Of a DNA stretch of 64,000 bases, positions 39,393 through 53,107 are shown in pieces. Within the stretch, counting starts at the first letter, position 1, and the number at the start of each line of letters is the position of its first letter. Under the pieces are notes generated by a model. It searched no databases. It saw only the letters and a program-made list of their open reading frames with translations, and had not been told where the DNA came from. The translations under genes were made by a program, and so were the position numbers. This DNA comes from Aplysia californica (Eukaryota), in NCBI RefSeq assembly GCF_000002075.1, contig NW_004797277.1, forward strand, positions 1,786,934 to 1,850,933, in the 5' to 3' direction.

Positions 39393-39527
39393 CAATTGAT
39401 GGTGGAAATGGAACAAATGGCCAGCAGACCCTTCTCTACTATTGGTATAGAGATAGATCGCAAGTCAAACCCGATCACAGTGGACAAGAAAGATCATTTA
39501 GATTCAGTATTGAGGCGAAGGAGAAAG
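39393..39527 (+). CDS. ATRN: Attractin exon: cytoplasmic MASRPF motif
   Basis: QLMVEMEQMASRPFSTIGIEID... Confidence 0.95.
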
Positions 39528-40305
39528 GTAGTTTTCTGAAATAATGTGTATTTGTGTACCCATGAGAGATGGAATCTGACTGACAGAGTCATAAATGAAA
39601 TCTTGTATGTCTATCAGGGGATAAAAAAAGAGCTATGGATTGTTGTCGACTGAGATTGAATCTAAATGAAATATATACTTCTGACAAGTTGCAGCATTGT
39701 ATGTCTCCCAGTCAGGGGATTGAAATGGTCAGTTTGATGAAGGGGCAGCCAAAGGAATTTCTGTGAAGTCATGTGAACCTTTGCTAGGATGTATGTCTAG
39801 AATAAACACTCTGACTTGCACTCTATGAGCCATCAATACCAAGCAGTTTATACATGCTGACTAAGTATATTTTATATATAAAATTATTGCTTGTAATGCC
39901 TACAGTAGTTTGCTAATCCTCAGGTAATTCACTTCACATGTATTACTTTTATGTTGGCACAATACCAGGAATCAACAGATCTTAAGTTAATTGTCATTTC
40001 TTTTTTTTACTTTTTGCTACCCTAGAATTACTAAGTTCTATGTGCTTTCTCTTTGAGAAATTTGACAAAATTATGAGTTCTGATGCAAATTCTTTGAATA
40101 TCTTGATAACGGCTGAATAAATAACAACTCCGAATATTCACACTATTTTGATAGAGCAGATAGAAGATTTGGTTTCTAACCTCATAGCCTTAGAAACTCA
40201 AAAACAGTATAAAATGGCGAATAGAAATTTGTAATTCTACAGTAGCATCTTGTTTTCAGTTGATTGCTCTGACTTGTTCTGTTTTTCTTGTTTGTCACAA
40301 CCCAG

Positions 40306-40459
40306 GCGGGGAATAAACCGTCAGCTGTGGCCATAGAACCCTTGAAGGACAACAAGGCAGCCATCTTGAGTCTCATCATCCAGCTCCCCACAGGCGGCTC
40401 AGACTACGCCCCCAGTGGTCAGTCAGGACTGGCTGTGGGCAGTGCTCTAGTCTCCATTG
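40306..40459 (+). CDS. ATRN: Attractin exon: cytoplasmic tail
   Basis: PSAVAIEPLKDNKAAILSLIIQLPTGG...GQSGLAVGSALVSI. Confidence 0.94.
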
Positions 40460-41017
40460 GTGAGTGTGAAATATTAAATTTTAGTCAACACAGCTCATTA
40501 TAGGTATTTCCATGGTGTTGAGGGAGCTTCTCCCTTAAGTAAGACCAGGATCACATGGTCCTTCGAGGATGAACTCTTGATTTTTTTTTTCTTGTTCATG
40601 CTATTTATGAAAGCTACTGGAATTGCACTTTTTGTAGTTAATCTTGCAGAAGTGCTTTCTTTTGTTGGCCTCCTACTTCTGTCAAAACAGTACAGTACTA
40701 GTGAAACAAAGAAGTGTTGTGCTTTACTTTTTTTTATTATGACACTTATTCCCAGGTCTCTAAATGCTCGCAGTAGACATGTTGAAACTGTCCAATTTGT
40801 TTCCCTGATACTTACACAATATCAAAGAAAATTTATGAAACAGGGGTTGAAATGTTGTTGTTATGATGCGCATCATTCCTCGGCTGTCCGTGGTTGGTAT
40901 TTTCATTGGAATAAATAATAACAATGAAAAGGTGATACCATTTTTGGTGTTCAAAGTCAAGTATTTCAAATTGTGTCAGTCTATTGTTATAGTATTCTTT
41001 TTCATTTTGTCTTTCAG

Positions 41018-41112
41018 GATCTCATCGGAAACAGAGCTTAGAGCATATTAAAGGAGAGAAACCAAAGGTTCGGAAAAACCTCACATACAATCATCCGGAT
41101 ACTTGTGCCTGA
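41018..41112 (+). CDS. ATRN: Attractin last coding exon
   Basis: SHRKQSLEHIKGEKPKVRKNLTYNHPDTCA*. Confidence 0.88.
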
Positions 41113-44100
41113 GAACCGTACAACTACAAAAAATGAGTATTGCTGTTTTAGATATATATATATGCATTTCTTTGTTGTGCGTAATTTAGCAAGCCGTGTT
41201 TGCAAACTTTGAGACATGTTGGCCCTCATGGATTGCAGTCAATTCCACAAAGCAGTGCCCTGTCCACAAGATTTTACGTAGGATGCTGTCGAGGAACTTT
41301 GATGGCAAGTACGTACATCTGCAATTTAAAAGTTCCACATATGACGATATGAATGAGTAGAGCAACACGACTTTGACAGAGCTTTTAAGCCTAGCTTATG
41401 TCAAACCAGCATCCCCCCAAAACACCCTCCTACATGTAGAGACAATCTTAATTTAAAAGTTAAAATTCGATTTTTGTCCCATGTTCTCCTTTATATTTAT
41501 GTCCATAAGGCAATAAGGGATTCATTCTGTCAACTCCTCTTAATGGGATTACTGTAGGTTCCATAATGTTTTCAAGAGTAATATTCTGAAGTTTTGAGAT
41601 TCTTTTGAACCAAAGAAAGATTCTCATAGACTTACACCCTATTTTACTGAGAAAAAAAATGTGGAACAGCAAGCTCATAATAATAAATGAAAATTGAAGT
41701 GATTCTCAAGGTTTGTTGAACTGTGATATGCATGATGTTGCTGATCAAAGTGCAATACAAGGAATGTTTGTCTTAATGCATTTGCATTCTTGAAAGATTG
41801 GTGTTGGATGAGTTCCTCTCTTTCTTACTGAATAAATCTTGCCTTGCAATCAACCACTGCTCCTCTTTTTCATAAAATACACTGTAGCTATTTTGACAGT
41901 TGATGATACTCATCCACATCTTGCCTTGAGTGACATATACTTAAGTGTGAGACACACACTTCAATAAGACTCACAAACACCGGTGTATCGGGCTAATATC
42001 AATAAGACGCAGGTATTCCTGTATTTGGGAACATCAACTGGACACAAACGATTGTATCATATCCTAATGTTGATATGAAGTTTGACAGCCAATGTAATAT
42101 TCAGATTTCCATTTATTTGCAATACAAGTTTATTTGCCAGGGGCGGTTGGTTGCGTACTCTTATTAATCTTCTGGGACTCTGGAGCCTCTGATATAGCAT
42201 GTGCAGACTTTCATGTATCAGAGGATTATCAATGTATAATTTATATGTGATTGTTGATGTAGACATATATGCGATACACAAATATCTTTGTTAGTATCAA
42301 CCACAGTGTTGCACACAAATGTCAAAGTATAATGCAAACATAGAAATAATACACCAATGTCAACGTAAAACACAAAAATATGTGAGATACATAATATACA
42401 TCAATGTACCTAAACCCTGGACGTCTCATCTCTAGGTCAGAGGTAACATATTAACATTAATGTATGGCACGCATGTCAGGCTGACATGCAGACATCAAAG
42501 TTGCAGATATGTGCATCAGTTCAGCACACAAGCTCTGTGTGGGTTGCATTGCACTCTTTAACAGCTCAGAGGTTGTGATGTGGCTACCTGTAGGATGGTC
42601 GATGGGCTTGCATTTTATGTATAGAGCGTAACAGGGCTTGTTTTTCAGGAAAGATGCTCACTTTTTTGTGCCGTCATTTGTGTTGTATTTAGTTCACTAA
42701 TAAAAAGGACATGAATTGTTTATTGTTGTACTCAGTGGTATCCACCTTAGAATAAGCCACCTTGACACTCCTTCAAGAGCTCACTTTTGTCAATGTGACT
42801 TAATTTTTTTCATTACAATCTTCTTGTTAAAATATCTTTTCTAAAAATTAAAATCTGAGTAGTCTGGTTCAGTCTGAGAAAGAAGAACAATTGTCTTAAT
42901 AACCTGATTTGCTGTTAAACAACTTTAAGGGAAGAAAGTCATTCTCCTGGAGAGGGAAAACTCATAACGGTTTTGCATCCAGTGAGACCCATTTGAATGA
43001 TGGGTGGGGAGTGTCTCTTTCTTTCATTTGATCGTGATCATCTCTTGACTCAAGCATTGCAGTCACCAAAGGGTCATATTTGAATTAACAATAAGCAAAT
43101 GAGGTAGCTTTGTTGTGTGAGCGATGTTGCTTCACTTGAATTCACCTAAAATGCCAGTCTGTATGAGAACCATGTCTCCCAATGAGGAGGTTTACGAGGT
43201 GAGACTTGTTCATTTTGTAACCTTTTTAAAATTCTCGTTTTGGGAAAAGGGGGGGGGGGGGGGGGGTACTTTTCATTACTATGAGTAAAATTGGATGTAA
43301 TTTTTTTTTACTAATATGCTTGCCTATTCTTTCATGAAAACTTGTCATCTAAAATAAGATATGTAGTGGAATAAAAAGTTCAGGACCGCATTTGTGAATG
43401 ATTTTAGCAAAGTCTGTTTGAGCAAGGAACTTTTTTTTCTGTGTACTTTCGGATAAAATCCTGGATGTTTTTAACATTTTCAATAATGGTCTCAGAGAGA
43501 GGTAAATTGAACAAAGTGTTCTGGAAATTATTATGATGGTTTCTGAACAATTTTTTTTCATGCCACATTTATTTTCCTAGATTCTAGAGTTGGAAAAGTG
43601 AAAAGTAGAATGAGCAAGTTACACTCACTTCCTTGTTTGATGTTGAAATGTTGAGATTGAGGGTTTCTGTTAATGGGTAACAATTATTTAAACTTGATGA
43701 GTTGACTAACCTGTTTTATCTATTGATTACTTTTGACATAATTTGATTGTTCTATTAGTTTATTCTTTCATGTATCAATATATTTATATTTATTGTAAAT
43801 AACCTTCCTGTAATATTTAAAGTCCTTTTATGATTGATAAGGATGTGTAAATCAGTCTGAACTCTTTCTCCACAATTGCATCGTTGCTCTATATTTTGTT
43901 ATTCGAAGTGGCTATGCGTGTGGCTCCCGTACGCAAAGTCTCGTGGCTATTTGTTCGGCCCTCCACTTCACATAATAAGCTAGGCTTTGTAGGCGGCACA
44001 TAAACTATCAAACCGGACACTACAAGTGGACAAACTTTACACAACTTGAGGCTTCATCAACAAGCACTTTAAGTGGAAGTTGGAACAGAGTAGGACAACA

Positions 44101-44285
44101 GTTAATTATTGTAAAATTCCTAAGGGGCACTATTTAAATTACGGTCACTCACCTTAATTTGAGTACGCGTTCCGACTGAAGTAGGTAGTTGGCATGCCTT
44201 GATGTTTGCGTATTTGTTGGAGCATCCTTTATAAACTGCAGCAGTCAGTTCATTGATTTATTGTTTTTATCAAAATCTACAATTG

Positions 44286-44545
44286 CGGTGGCCGAGCGGT
44301 TAGTGCGCTCGTCTCCGAGGTGGAAAGTCCGGGTTCGAGCCTCAGTTCGGACACGGATATTTTTCTACCCGTCCTGCCCACCCAGCAGTAATAGGTACCT
44401 GACTTCGAGTTGGGGAAGTAAAGGCGGCGTGGAAAGATACTGGCCACCCTACCACAATATGCCGAAGGCCCAGAAAGTTGTCTTACTAACTAACAAGGCA
44501 ATCCCCAATGTCCGGATCGGATGCGGGAACAATTTTACTTTACTT
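44286..44545 (+). mobile_element. tRNA-derived SINE nested in the MULE
   Basis: GGTGGCCGAGCGGTTAG A box, GGGTTCGAGCC B box, CCCAGCAGTAATAGGTACCTG core, (TTTAC)n tail, TACAATTG direct repeats. Confidence 0.8.
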
Positions 44546-44629
44546 TACAATTGTTTAAAAATCTTTCAGTCGATAAGATGATAAGAACCATAAAAAGCAT
44601 CTCACAACCTATATTTACATTGCACTTTT

Positions 44630-47600
44630 GAAATTACCGATACTTGCATCCCGTACAAAACCAATACTTGGTCTTGGGTGTTGTGTCATCCCAATGCAAG
44701 CCATATGCATCCAGCTTAAACAACTGTCACAGCCTACTGACTCCTTAGCAGCTAAGTCCAGGCCACATTCTTTGCAAAACCATGGCAGTGTAGAGCGGTC
44801 CCATCAAATCTGTTGCAATTATTTCCAACCCTGGTTGTCAAAATATTTCGTGATCAATTCTACCATTGCCATGGGATCGAGAACACAGCTTGGTATGCAC
44901 TCTGCATCGGATTCAATATCAGTGAACATTACTGTGAGACCACGAAGAATTTTATCCCGACCATCCTCTGTAAGGTACCAATCAAGAAGCATGTTCTCTT
45001 TTGTTTTGGTGTCTTTTTTAGAGAATGGCACCATGCTTATCTTTGCTCTCTTTCTTGGTAGGCTGATTGCAGTCGTTGCCTCTCCTTTGGGACGGTCGCG
45101 AGTGCTGTTTTTTTTCCCTGGCCGTACCAACTCACTGGGCTGGGAGCAGATGGACTGGCACTGGTAGCAGGTGCGTTGGCACTTAAAGCAGGTGGGCTGG
45201 CACTGAGAGCTGGTGGGCTGGCACAGGGAGCAGGTGTTAGACTTTGCAGAGAAGCGCTGCTTTAAGGATGAACAATTTCACAAACTATGAAGTCCAGCCT
45301 GCAGGAAAGCAAGCACTTGGTTCAGCTGCTCTAGTTGCTGATGGAATGAGTGACTGTCCAAGTCAGCCATTAAGCTCGCTTATCATGCTGGTTGCAAGGC
45401 TAGCTTTCCTGAACTATTTGTTGTGGGTCAAGGGCTTCTCTGCACATGCACTGCGACTAGCCAATAAAGTCTTGATATTGGTCAGCTGGTTCGCTCGGTG
45501 TTCTTGTTTGATGGTATGTCTTTGTCCATCGACGGTGTGCTGCATCTGGTACATAAGTTGTCTGTTTACAAATGCTTGGCCCGTGCCATTATATGCCTGC
45601 GTGGTAGGTAGTGTTTTTGGTTGAAGGGGCAGGAACACCGATTTGCCTCAACAATGAATCTCTTTTTTTTTTTGGCATTCAACAATATTGTTGTCGACGA
45701 TGTTGACATTTTCCACCCTGACGAGTTCATTCTTCACAATTTGGAAGGCCTCCATTGTCAACATTTCCATATATGCCTTCTCGTCTTCATTGTTGACACA
45801 GATTGTGTTGACACAGATGTGCTGATTTTCATCTCAGCAACAACTGTCTTGCTCCTTTTTGCGTGGCGTGCAACACATATTTCACAGTTCGGCACATCCT
45901 AACGGAATGTGTCGAATTTAATGATGTACGTAAGAAATATTTTTAATGTAAAGATATCAAAAACGTTTTTTACACTGTAGACCCTAGAAAAATTTTAAGT
46001 TATGTTAAAGAAATAGGACTATTTAATAGTAATAGAATATAAAAATATACAGTCATCGTTATCAGTGTATATATACATATACACTGAAATTAATATTGTA
46101 TACAAATGTAAATAAGTCTTTACCATATTTACACAAATTTTCATAAATGTTTGTCCGTCCTTTTAGCATAATGAGAATAGTGTGACCGTGTGCGGTTGCG
46201 AGCTCCGAAAGACTCTTACTAAAACACGTCTGATTTTGTTGCGGTGACATCTGTTGGCGTTTAAATGACCAAAATTGGGTCGATAGTGCCGTAAAACATC
46301 TACTCAATCAACAACTGTCTTGTGTTGCTGTTCGGTGCGGAGCAAGTTGACAAGAGAGAACAGCTTATGTACTACTAAATCAGCCAGGTTTGTTCTGCTT
46401 GTCACGACTGACTTGACCTAGTGGAAAAAGGATTCAATCCTATTGTTGGTGCAGATGCCAAAGTTGAAAGTAGTTAATTTGAAGGCCTCGACCCACTCTT
46501 GGCGTATTGGGTGCCAGTGCTGTTCAAAACAGCAACACACGATGCCACCAAAGTTTTCCAACTTCACATGTCCTTTGTCGTAATCCTCCTCAGAATTGGA
46601 GTAAGCCATGTCTTGAACAATGTCCAAAACACGGACCCGCTCTTCGGTGGTGATGTTGCATTTGGAAGTTGTCACCTCTTTGCCGAAAGTGCGAAGATCT
46701 CTTTTGAAACTTACCGTATTTCTCAAAAATCATTTTGACAGACTACTATGCAAAGCATACGAATCGTGTTAACGAGTAAATTTCCTCTTTGGAAAGTGGT
46801 GGCACGGAGTTCCCCACGTCGTATGAATACGATAGTAAAACACGATGTACGGATAGGGTTAATATCCCCCCTTTGGGAATGGCCTAAAGACAACTTCAGT
46901 CAGTAGCACTGCCCTGGTGGGGGGAGGGGGAGCTAGGCAGGTTAACATATAATATTTCAACCTTTGCACACACCTTCAAAATTTGTACAGTTGCTTCATC
47001 CTCCTGAACGAGGAAAAAACGCGGGGGATGGCTCTGGTAGTTTCAATCAACAATGATATAAAGGCATGTTGTGTGTGTTCAGTTTGTACGTACTGTCTAC
47101 AAGGATAACCTCTGGAATTTTTCCAAAGTTCACAGCCATTTCCTCATCTTGCAAGAATATGCCCAGAACATTGTTGTGCACATTGTGGTGCACATGCATA
47201 GAAACAGAAATGTTGCTTGTCAAGTTGTGAAGCTCTTCCATTTCTGGTTTCTGGTGCTTTGCCGATGTCTTCTTCGAAATGTTGTGTATGTCTTTCATTA
47301 TGATAACTTTTTTAGCGACATCTTCCTTGTGGGATTTTAAAAGTTTCTTGTTTGCTTTTAACTTTACCATTTTGGCAACCATTTCTGTCTGTGTTGTGTC
47401 CAGCCTCCTCTGACTCGGGTGATGCATGATATGTTCACAGGTACATGGGTGATTATGGTGTGGTCCGTGATTGTTGACTACCAAACTTTGGCCGTCCTAA
47501 GCCTCGAAGTTTGATGGCGAATGGGCATCTAATCTTTGATGTACTCTGCTTTGGCCTCTCTCCTGTCTTGAGATTTGGCCTATACTTTCCGTTTCGAAAA

Positions 47601-47788
47601 CACGCATACACTATTTCTGAATACTTCAATTCCTGGCGAAACCCTTTGGTGGAGCACGTTTTGGCAGCTGCTGCAATTGTTCTACTTTCTCTATTGATTC
47701 AACTCACATATTCTAACTTTTGGAAATCTTCTATTGCTTTTTATAAGTCCTCGAAACAATCAAATTTCTGTCCGACGGACAACGCCAT
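44630..47788 (-). pseudogene. MULE transposase pseudogene (ZSWIM3/FAR1-like N-terminus, DDE, SWIM, PHD finger)
   Basis: MALSVGQKFDCFEDL*; CPF...HNH; VILVDSTYKLNTHNMPLY; IRQEWV...TNNRIESF; CSCPFNQKHYLPRRHI (SWIM); WFCKECG...VGCDSCLSWMHMACIG (PHD); multiple stops and frameshifts. Confidence 0.85.
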
Positions 47789-50700
47789 AGCTGCAGTTCT
47801 GAAGTAAAATATCTACATGCGCAGGAAAAGCAACTAAGACAATTCGGAAAGATTGTACAGGCTCCTCGGGCCGAGAAGGATAAGTGAATAAGGTGACAAC
47901 ACGTAAACAAACTTACAACTTTTTTTCTTGTGTTCACTTTGGACTATGATGAGCTCAGGTAGGTCTCAAGAGTTTTGTCTCCAGAGATGTAATCAAAATC
48001 TTGAGTGTTTACAGTACTCTTATCAAACATTTTCATGGGCATTAGCGACATAATTGTGAACACGAATTACGCTTGTTTTCATTGGATCTCAGTTAAGACT
48101 ATCGACCAATGGGCTACTCTCTTTTGAAACCCTTCCAGAAGAAAATAAACAATGACCATAACAACAGCACAGATCTAAGTTGGGTTAAATTGATTATCAA
48201 GGCTGTGAGCATACGTCCTTAATTAAATCTAAATCTATACTTTAGAGGGCCTTACATAGGGAGGACAGTGCGCATAGCCATACAGGGGAGCCGTACACAT
48301 AGCCATAAGGCTATGTATACTGGAGAGCCATACGCATAGCCACCGGCTTTGTTATTATAATTGTTTGTGTATATACCTGTATCCATCCTGTTGTGTTTAT
48401 AGTCTTGAAGTGTAAAGAAAGCTGTGTTTTTGGTGTGAAAGAGAATAGTTGTATACTACAGTGAAATTCGTATTGAACAAAAACTCAGTGGTTGGTTGGC
48501 GAATGCTCTGGTGTGGTTTGCTTCTTCTTTCCTGTCAAAGATCTATTGTCATTATCTTTCCTCCTCCTTTTTTTATGTTTGTTCCTTCCTTGCAAACCAC
48601 TAATCTTTGGCCTTTTTTATGACCATTGTGTTGCAAGTGTCATAAGACGCTCAGTAAAATAAACACAAATTTGGGATTCAATAAAACCAGCCTTTTCAGA
48701 AGGGTTTTATCATAAATATCAACAAAATAATTTAGATTTATAACATGTAAATGAGGAAATGCAGACTCCATGAAGTGTCTCGCAGGGCAAACAGCCCAGG
48801 ATGATGTGGCATTTATCTCCAACAATGGACCCTCTATACTCTGTTCCAAGGTACCTCATTAAATGTGCGAGTTTCACTGTACTATATTTGAATAGATCAA
48901 ATGATAAACTGTTGGTGTGCGAGGTTTTGGAGAAAAATGGTTGCAAGAGCAGGTGCACTGCATCTTTTCTACCCATTTTCATGTCATGAAAACTCATTCT
49001 TTGAGGGACACGTTTTTAAATTCATATGTGATTGCCAGTAAGCTTGTGTGTTTTCAATAGGTTTAATGATCTATGGATGTCATTTGAAGCCATGTTCTCT
49101 AAAAAAAAATAATTCTGTTTTGTTCCCAAAGATGTTCTCTCAGGCTGGTGCTTTGACTTTGATGGGAAGCCAAGTGCTTTGCTTTTGAAAGGACTTGTTT
49201 GGTACCAGAGGGAGAGAAAAGTGAAAAGGGAAAAAAAGACCTTCTTTTTTTGCTGCAGTTGCCTTTTGCTGAGTTCAATCATTCATTTTTAGTCCAGCAG
49301 CCCTGGGGTTCTTTCTTCTTTGTCCAATACAATTCTTTTAAAGTGGCAATTCTTTGTATGCTGCTCTGTTTTATGATTATTATACGTTGCGTTGTCCTGC
49401 TGAGATGGATGAAAGGTACTTCACAGTGATCCTATTTAGTACAAATTATCGTTTTAATTTTGCTGTATTTCATCAATGTGAGCAAAACACTAATAGTAAT
49501 AGTCACACTTTTCTCAGTGGTCATGTCCAAAGTTTGTGTCAAAGTGGTCGACTTTCTCACCCCGAGGCACTGGTCAACTAAAAAAAGAAAGCATTTTATA
49601 TATAAATGTTACATAAATGGTCACCATGTAATGGCCCTCAGTAGCACTATGTGTCTGCGTTTGGGGTCTTGTGTAGTCCTGTAGCTAATACTTCCCACCC
49701 TGCAGATTTTTTTTTTTTTTGGTCCCCTCTTTATTTTAGTTTGTGTGTCTTTCTTTTTCCCTGCACTAAATGACCGTTACCAAGTCAATGTGCTCCTCTT
49801 ATTTCAAACTTCACTACCCTCCTGTAAGTGAGTCTACGAGTCTTAGCTTTCCTTTGATAGTAGATTTGACAATACAAAGATAAAGTGCACTGGCAACTGA
49901 GTGATGATGGTGAAGAAACCTTTTGTGGGGAATTTTATCGGACAGTGAAGCTTCAATACTGAATGCACTAATGTTAACTACATGAGAAATGTTTTGGGAA
50001 TAGACACTCATGCAAGCCTTTATTTTCTAGGCAAAAGCTTAGACATAGCTGTTAATGTTGGCTGAACTGAAAGTCTTTGATTGGCTTAATATTTTGTTGA
50101 AGTTGTATAAATGGTAGCTGACATGGTGCTATTCACAAGGTTGGAGATGTGATTTTTCTCCACATGATACTGTGCGCATGGCTGGGACTTATTTTTTTGT
50201 GCAACTGATTTGAAAGGACTCTCAACGAAACACTACATTCCATAAAATTGTACAGAAATGTAAATAATACTTTATAATCGAGACATGCTTTTGATATATT
50301 TCTGAAAGCTTTCTTTCAAGTGGCAGTAGTTGAAAACGAAAGGAGCCTGAACACAGTATAAACCGATCTCGGTTATGCGTGTGAGATTTAGTCTGGCATC
50401 TTCTGATGCATCACACTTGACAGTCGTTAAGCAGAGATGCAGTAAGTAGCAGACTGGTTCTTAATGAGTGGGGTGTACCAGTGAGTAGGTGTCTGTCAAC
50501 TGTCAGTGTTTTTGTATATGTATTTCACATGTTTTTGCATCAAGAAGAATCCAGGACTGACATCTTTCAAAGGATTGTTCTCTGTAGAAAGTTCCCCTTC
50601 AGTCATCATTTTCAGAAGTCACTACAAGCGAGCTCTTTTCATACATTTTTTGAGGGACTTATTTTGTAGATCTTTTTTTGTATACTCTAGTTCATTTTGT

Positions 50701-50806
50701 AAATTAATTATCTGTTACAGTTTAATTTTGTTGAATGTCCATAGACTGTACATGATGTACTGGTATTTCAAAACCCAGTTTCCCTTTTACCTCCCTATCA
50801 TGTGTC

Positions 50807-51738
50807 TAGCATCTGCGTTTGTCGCGACCCGCGAATCGCGGTGATTTTTGGCATTTTTTGGTCCGCGAATTGTGGCCGTGATTTTTGCATTTTTCCGGCA
50901 AAAAAACCACCGTCAGGAAGAAAAAATAATTTTTAAACAACAATATAACAACAACAAAAAAACGGGGAATACTATTCGTGAAGAAAAAGAAGCCCAACCT
51001 CTTTACTTTTAGAAAGAATGTTTATTTTCACTTTCGCTTCACTTCGTCTCTTTCTCACTTGTTAACACCACGTTGATTTGCAATTTTCCTGTGAAGAATA
51101 TAAGTATGCTAAACTACTGTAATTACATACTATTTATATAGCTGTTTCTCTTTCATGTTTCCCTCTTTGTTATGTTTTGATTTGTTGGTGTATTAATTTT
51201 TTTACTTGTTATTGTTCTGATGTGTTGTTTTCTTATTTTTTGTGTTTATATAGCGTAATGTTCTTCCTACCTTTTTTTAAAAATATGTTATATGTTAAAG
51301 CATGTCTCCACCAAAACCGAATACTGACACTGGCAGGCCCTTTGTGCGCGATTCCATCTCTATATCCTGTATTTTTTCTGGAATTACACACGTTTAGGGT
51401 TAAAACGGCCAGTGTATGGATGGGTTGACACGCGCCGTTTTACTTATTTGTTAATTTTTGTGCTTGTTTATTTGCTGTTCTAATTTTGATTTCATTCTGT
51501 TGTGAAACCTTTATTTTTGACATTTTTATACTCTGTGTGGCTACAAATGATATTCTGGATGTTTAAAACAGCACAAGAAATTCTTGTGTTTCAGATTAAG
51601 TTACCTCTATCAACATATTGCTCTATACGTCGCCACAGAGAGTTGAAAGCTTGAAAATTAATGGCAACTTTTTTGGCAACTTTTGCCCTTTTTTGTGGCA
51701 ATTTTGTTGCCAAAAAATAGCAACAAACACAGATGCTA
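50807..51738. mobile_element. hAT-type MITE
   Basis: TIRs TAGCATCTGCGTTTGTCGC / GCAACAAACACAGATGCTA; imperfect 8-bp TSD CATGTGTC / GATGTGTA. Confidence 0.7.
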
Positions 51739-51790
51739 GATGTGTATGTGTGTACACATTTGTATAAATGTGTGTGTAAAATATATATAT

Positions 51791-51829
<39 letters not shown>

Positions 51830-51832
<3 letters not shown>

Positions 51833-52259
51833 GGCTGCCTAAATCTACCGATTTTCCCGATAGTCACCGATTTTGGACCTTTTTATTGCCATACCAATAA
51901 AGGTGTCAAAGCTACCGGATTTGCAATAGGGGCCGAGAGTAAGAGGGAAAAAAGCCTGTTCTACAGTGGTTCCAATCTTCCCTGTTCTTCTGGAAATCTG
52001 TATAATTATTTCAAAGGTTCTGTAATTGGGCACGCACACACACACACACACACACACACATGCACATGTGTGTGTATGCACAGATGTTTTTAAAAATTCA
52101 ATTACCCAATATCACGAAAAGCACTCGATGGTAACTACTTCGTATACCAGGGTAACATTTTTTTCCCACTTTGTCTTTGGACTTCCTGATTTTGGACCCA
52201 AATACCTGAAATTGACCCTGAATTTACCTGAAATAAGAACTTTGAGGTGGGCAGCCCTG
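51830..52259. mobile_element. hAT-type MITE next to a (TA)n tract
   Basis: TIRs CAGGGCTGCC / GGCAGCCCTG. Confidence 0.65.
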
Positions 52260-52605
52260 TATACAAATTTTATATAATATGTAGCTGAAAAAGCACTTCC
52301 CTTTTATGGGCTGTACTCAGGAGTAAGTTTATTTGGTTGGGCTTCTATTACTTCTAAACAAACATCCCTCTTCTCTGAACCTGATACTGAGAGATTTATA
52401 GGTTGCAGCTCTATCTCTGTAATCTAGATCTACTCAACCTTGTCTTAATCTCTTAGCTTTACTTTCACTGACTAGAATCTATACTTATTGAATACTGAAT
52501 GCAGCTAAGTGAGTCCAACAAAAGTCTCCAGAGGTCTTATGGAATCTGAATTCAACAAATTGCACAGAAATAATATGTAAGCCCTATCTATTGATCAGAC
52601 GTTTA

Positions 52606-53075
52606 GGGCAACCATGTAGAGAAAGCCGTTCGCTCATGCTCACATAAGCGCACTGTCCGAGGCAGTGAAATTAAAAGAATCCCCAAATGAAAACCGTTGC
52701 GTCCCACATAGACTAAGCTGTCATTGAGGATGCGCCAGTAAAAGCGGCACTAACGTTTATCGCGGAATCCAAATTACATTCTTTCTAAGGCTGTCCAAAG
52801 CTGTCTCTGGCCTTATTTTCACGTTGCTGTTGTACCAAAGCAGTGCTTCTACTTACGCCTACAGTTTGATGTAGCAAGTGATTTGAACATGGACACAGAT
52901 GTGCTTGTGTTATCAGTAGAAGTTCCATTTGGGACAAACGTTACAAAGTCCTCTTTGTATGTATTTTGACCGGTAGGATACGAATACAGTGATACTGAAC
53001 ACCGTACATTTAACACTAAATGACATATTATTGGTGATGATGATGACAAATATATAAAACTGTGCGCTGTCCCTT

Positions 53076-53107
<32 letters not shown>

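Larger units (their letters stand above)
8772..41112 (+). other. ATRN: Attractin / attractin-like 1 gene span (multi-exon; single-pass membrane protein)
   Basis: Phase-consistent GT-AG exons encode signal peptide, EGF, CUB, 2 EGF, 6 Kelch, PSI repeats, 2 laminin-EGF, TM (SCFLSLVLIAAALWKVK) and the cytoplasmic MASRPF motif. There is one phase break, across the N gap. Confidence 0.95.
43904..48347 (-). mobile_element. Full-length decayed Mutator/MULE DNA transposon
   Basis: Imperfect TIRs GTGGCTATGCGT(G/A)TGGCTC; exact 9-bp TSD TTTGTTATT (43895-43903, 48348-48356); internal transposase remnants. Confidence 0.88.

Noticed and set aside
44628-45902. Plus-strand ORFs of 179, 126 and 93 aa
   Set aside because: Antisense shadows of the minus-strand transposase pseudogene.
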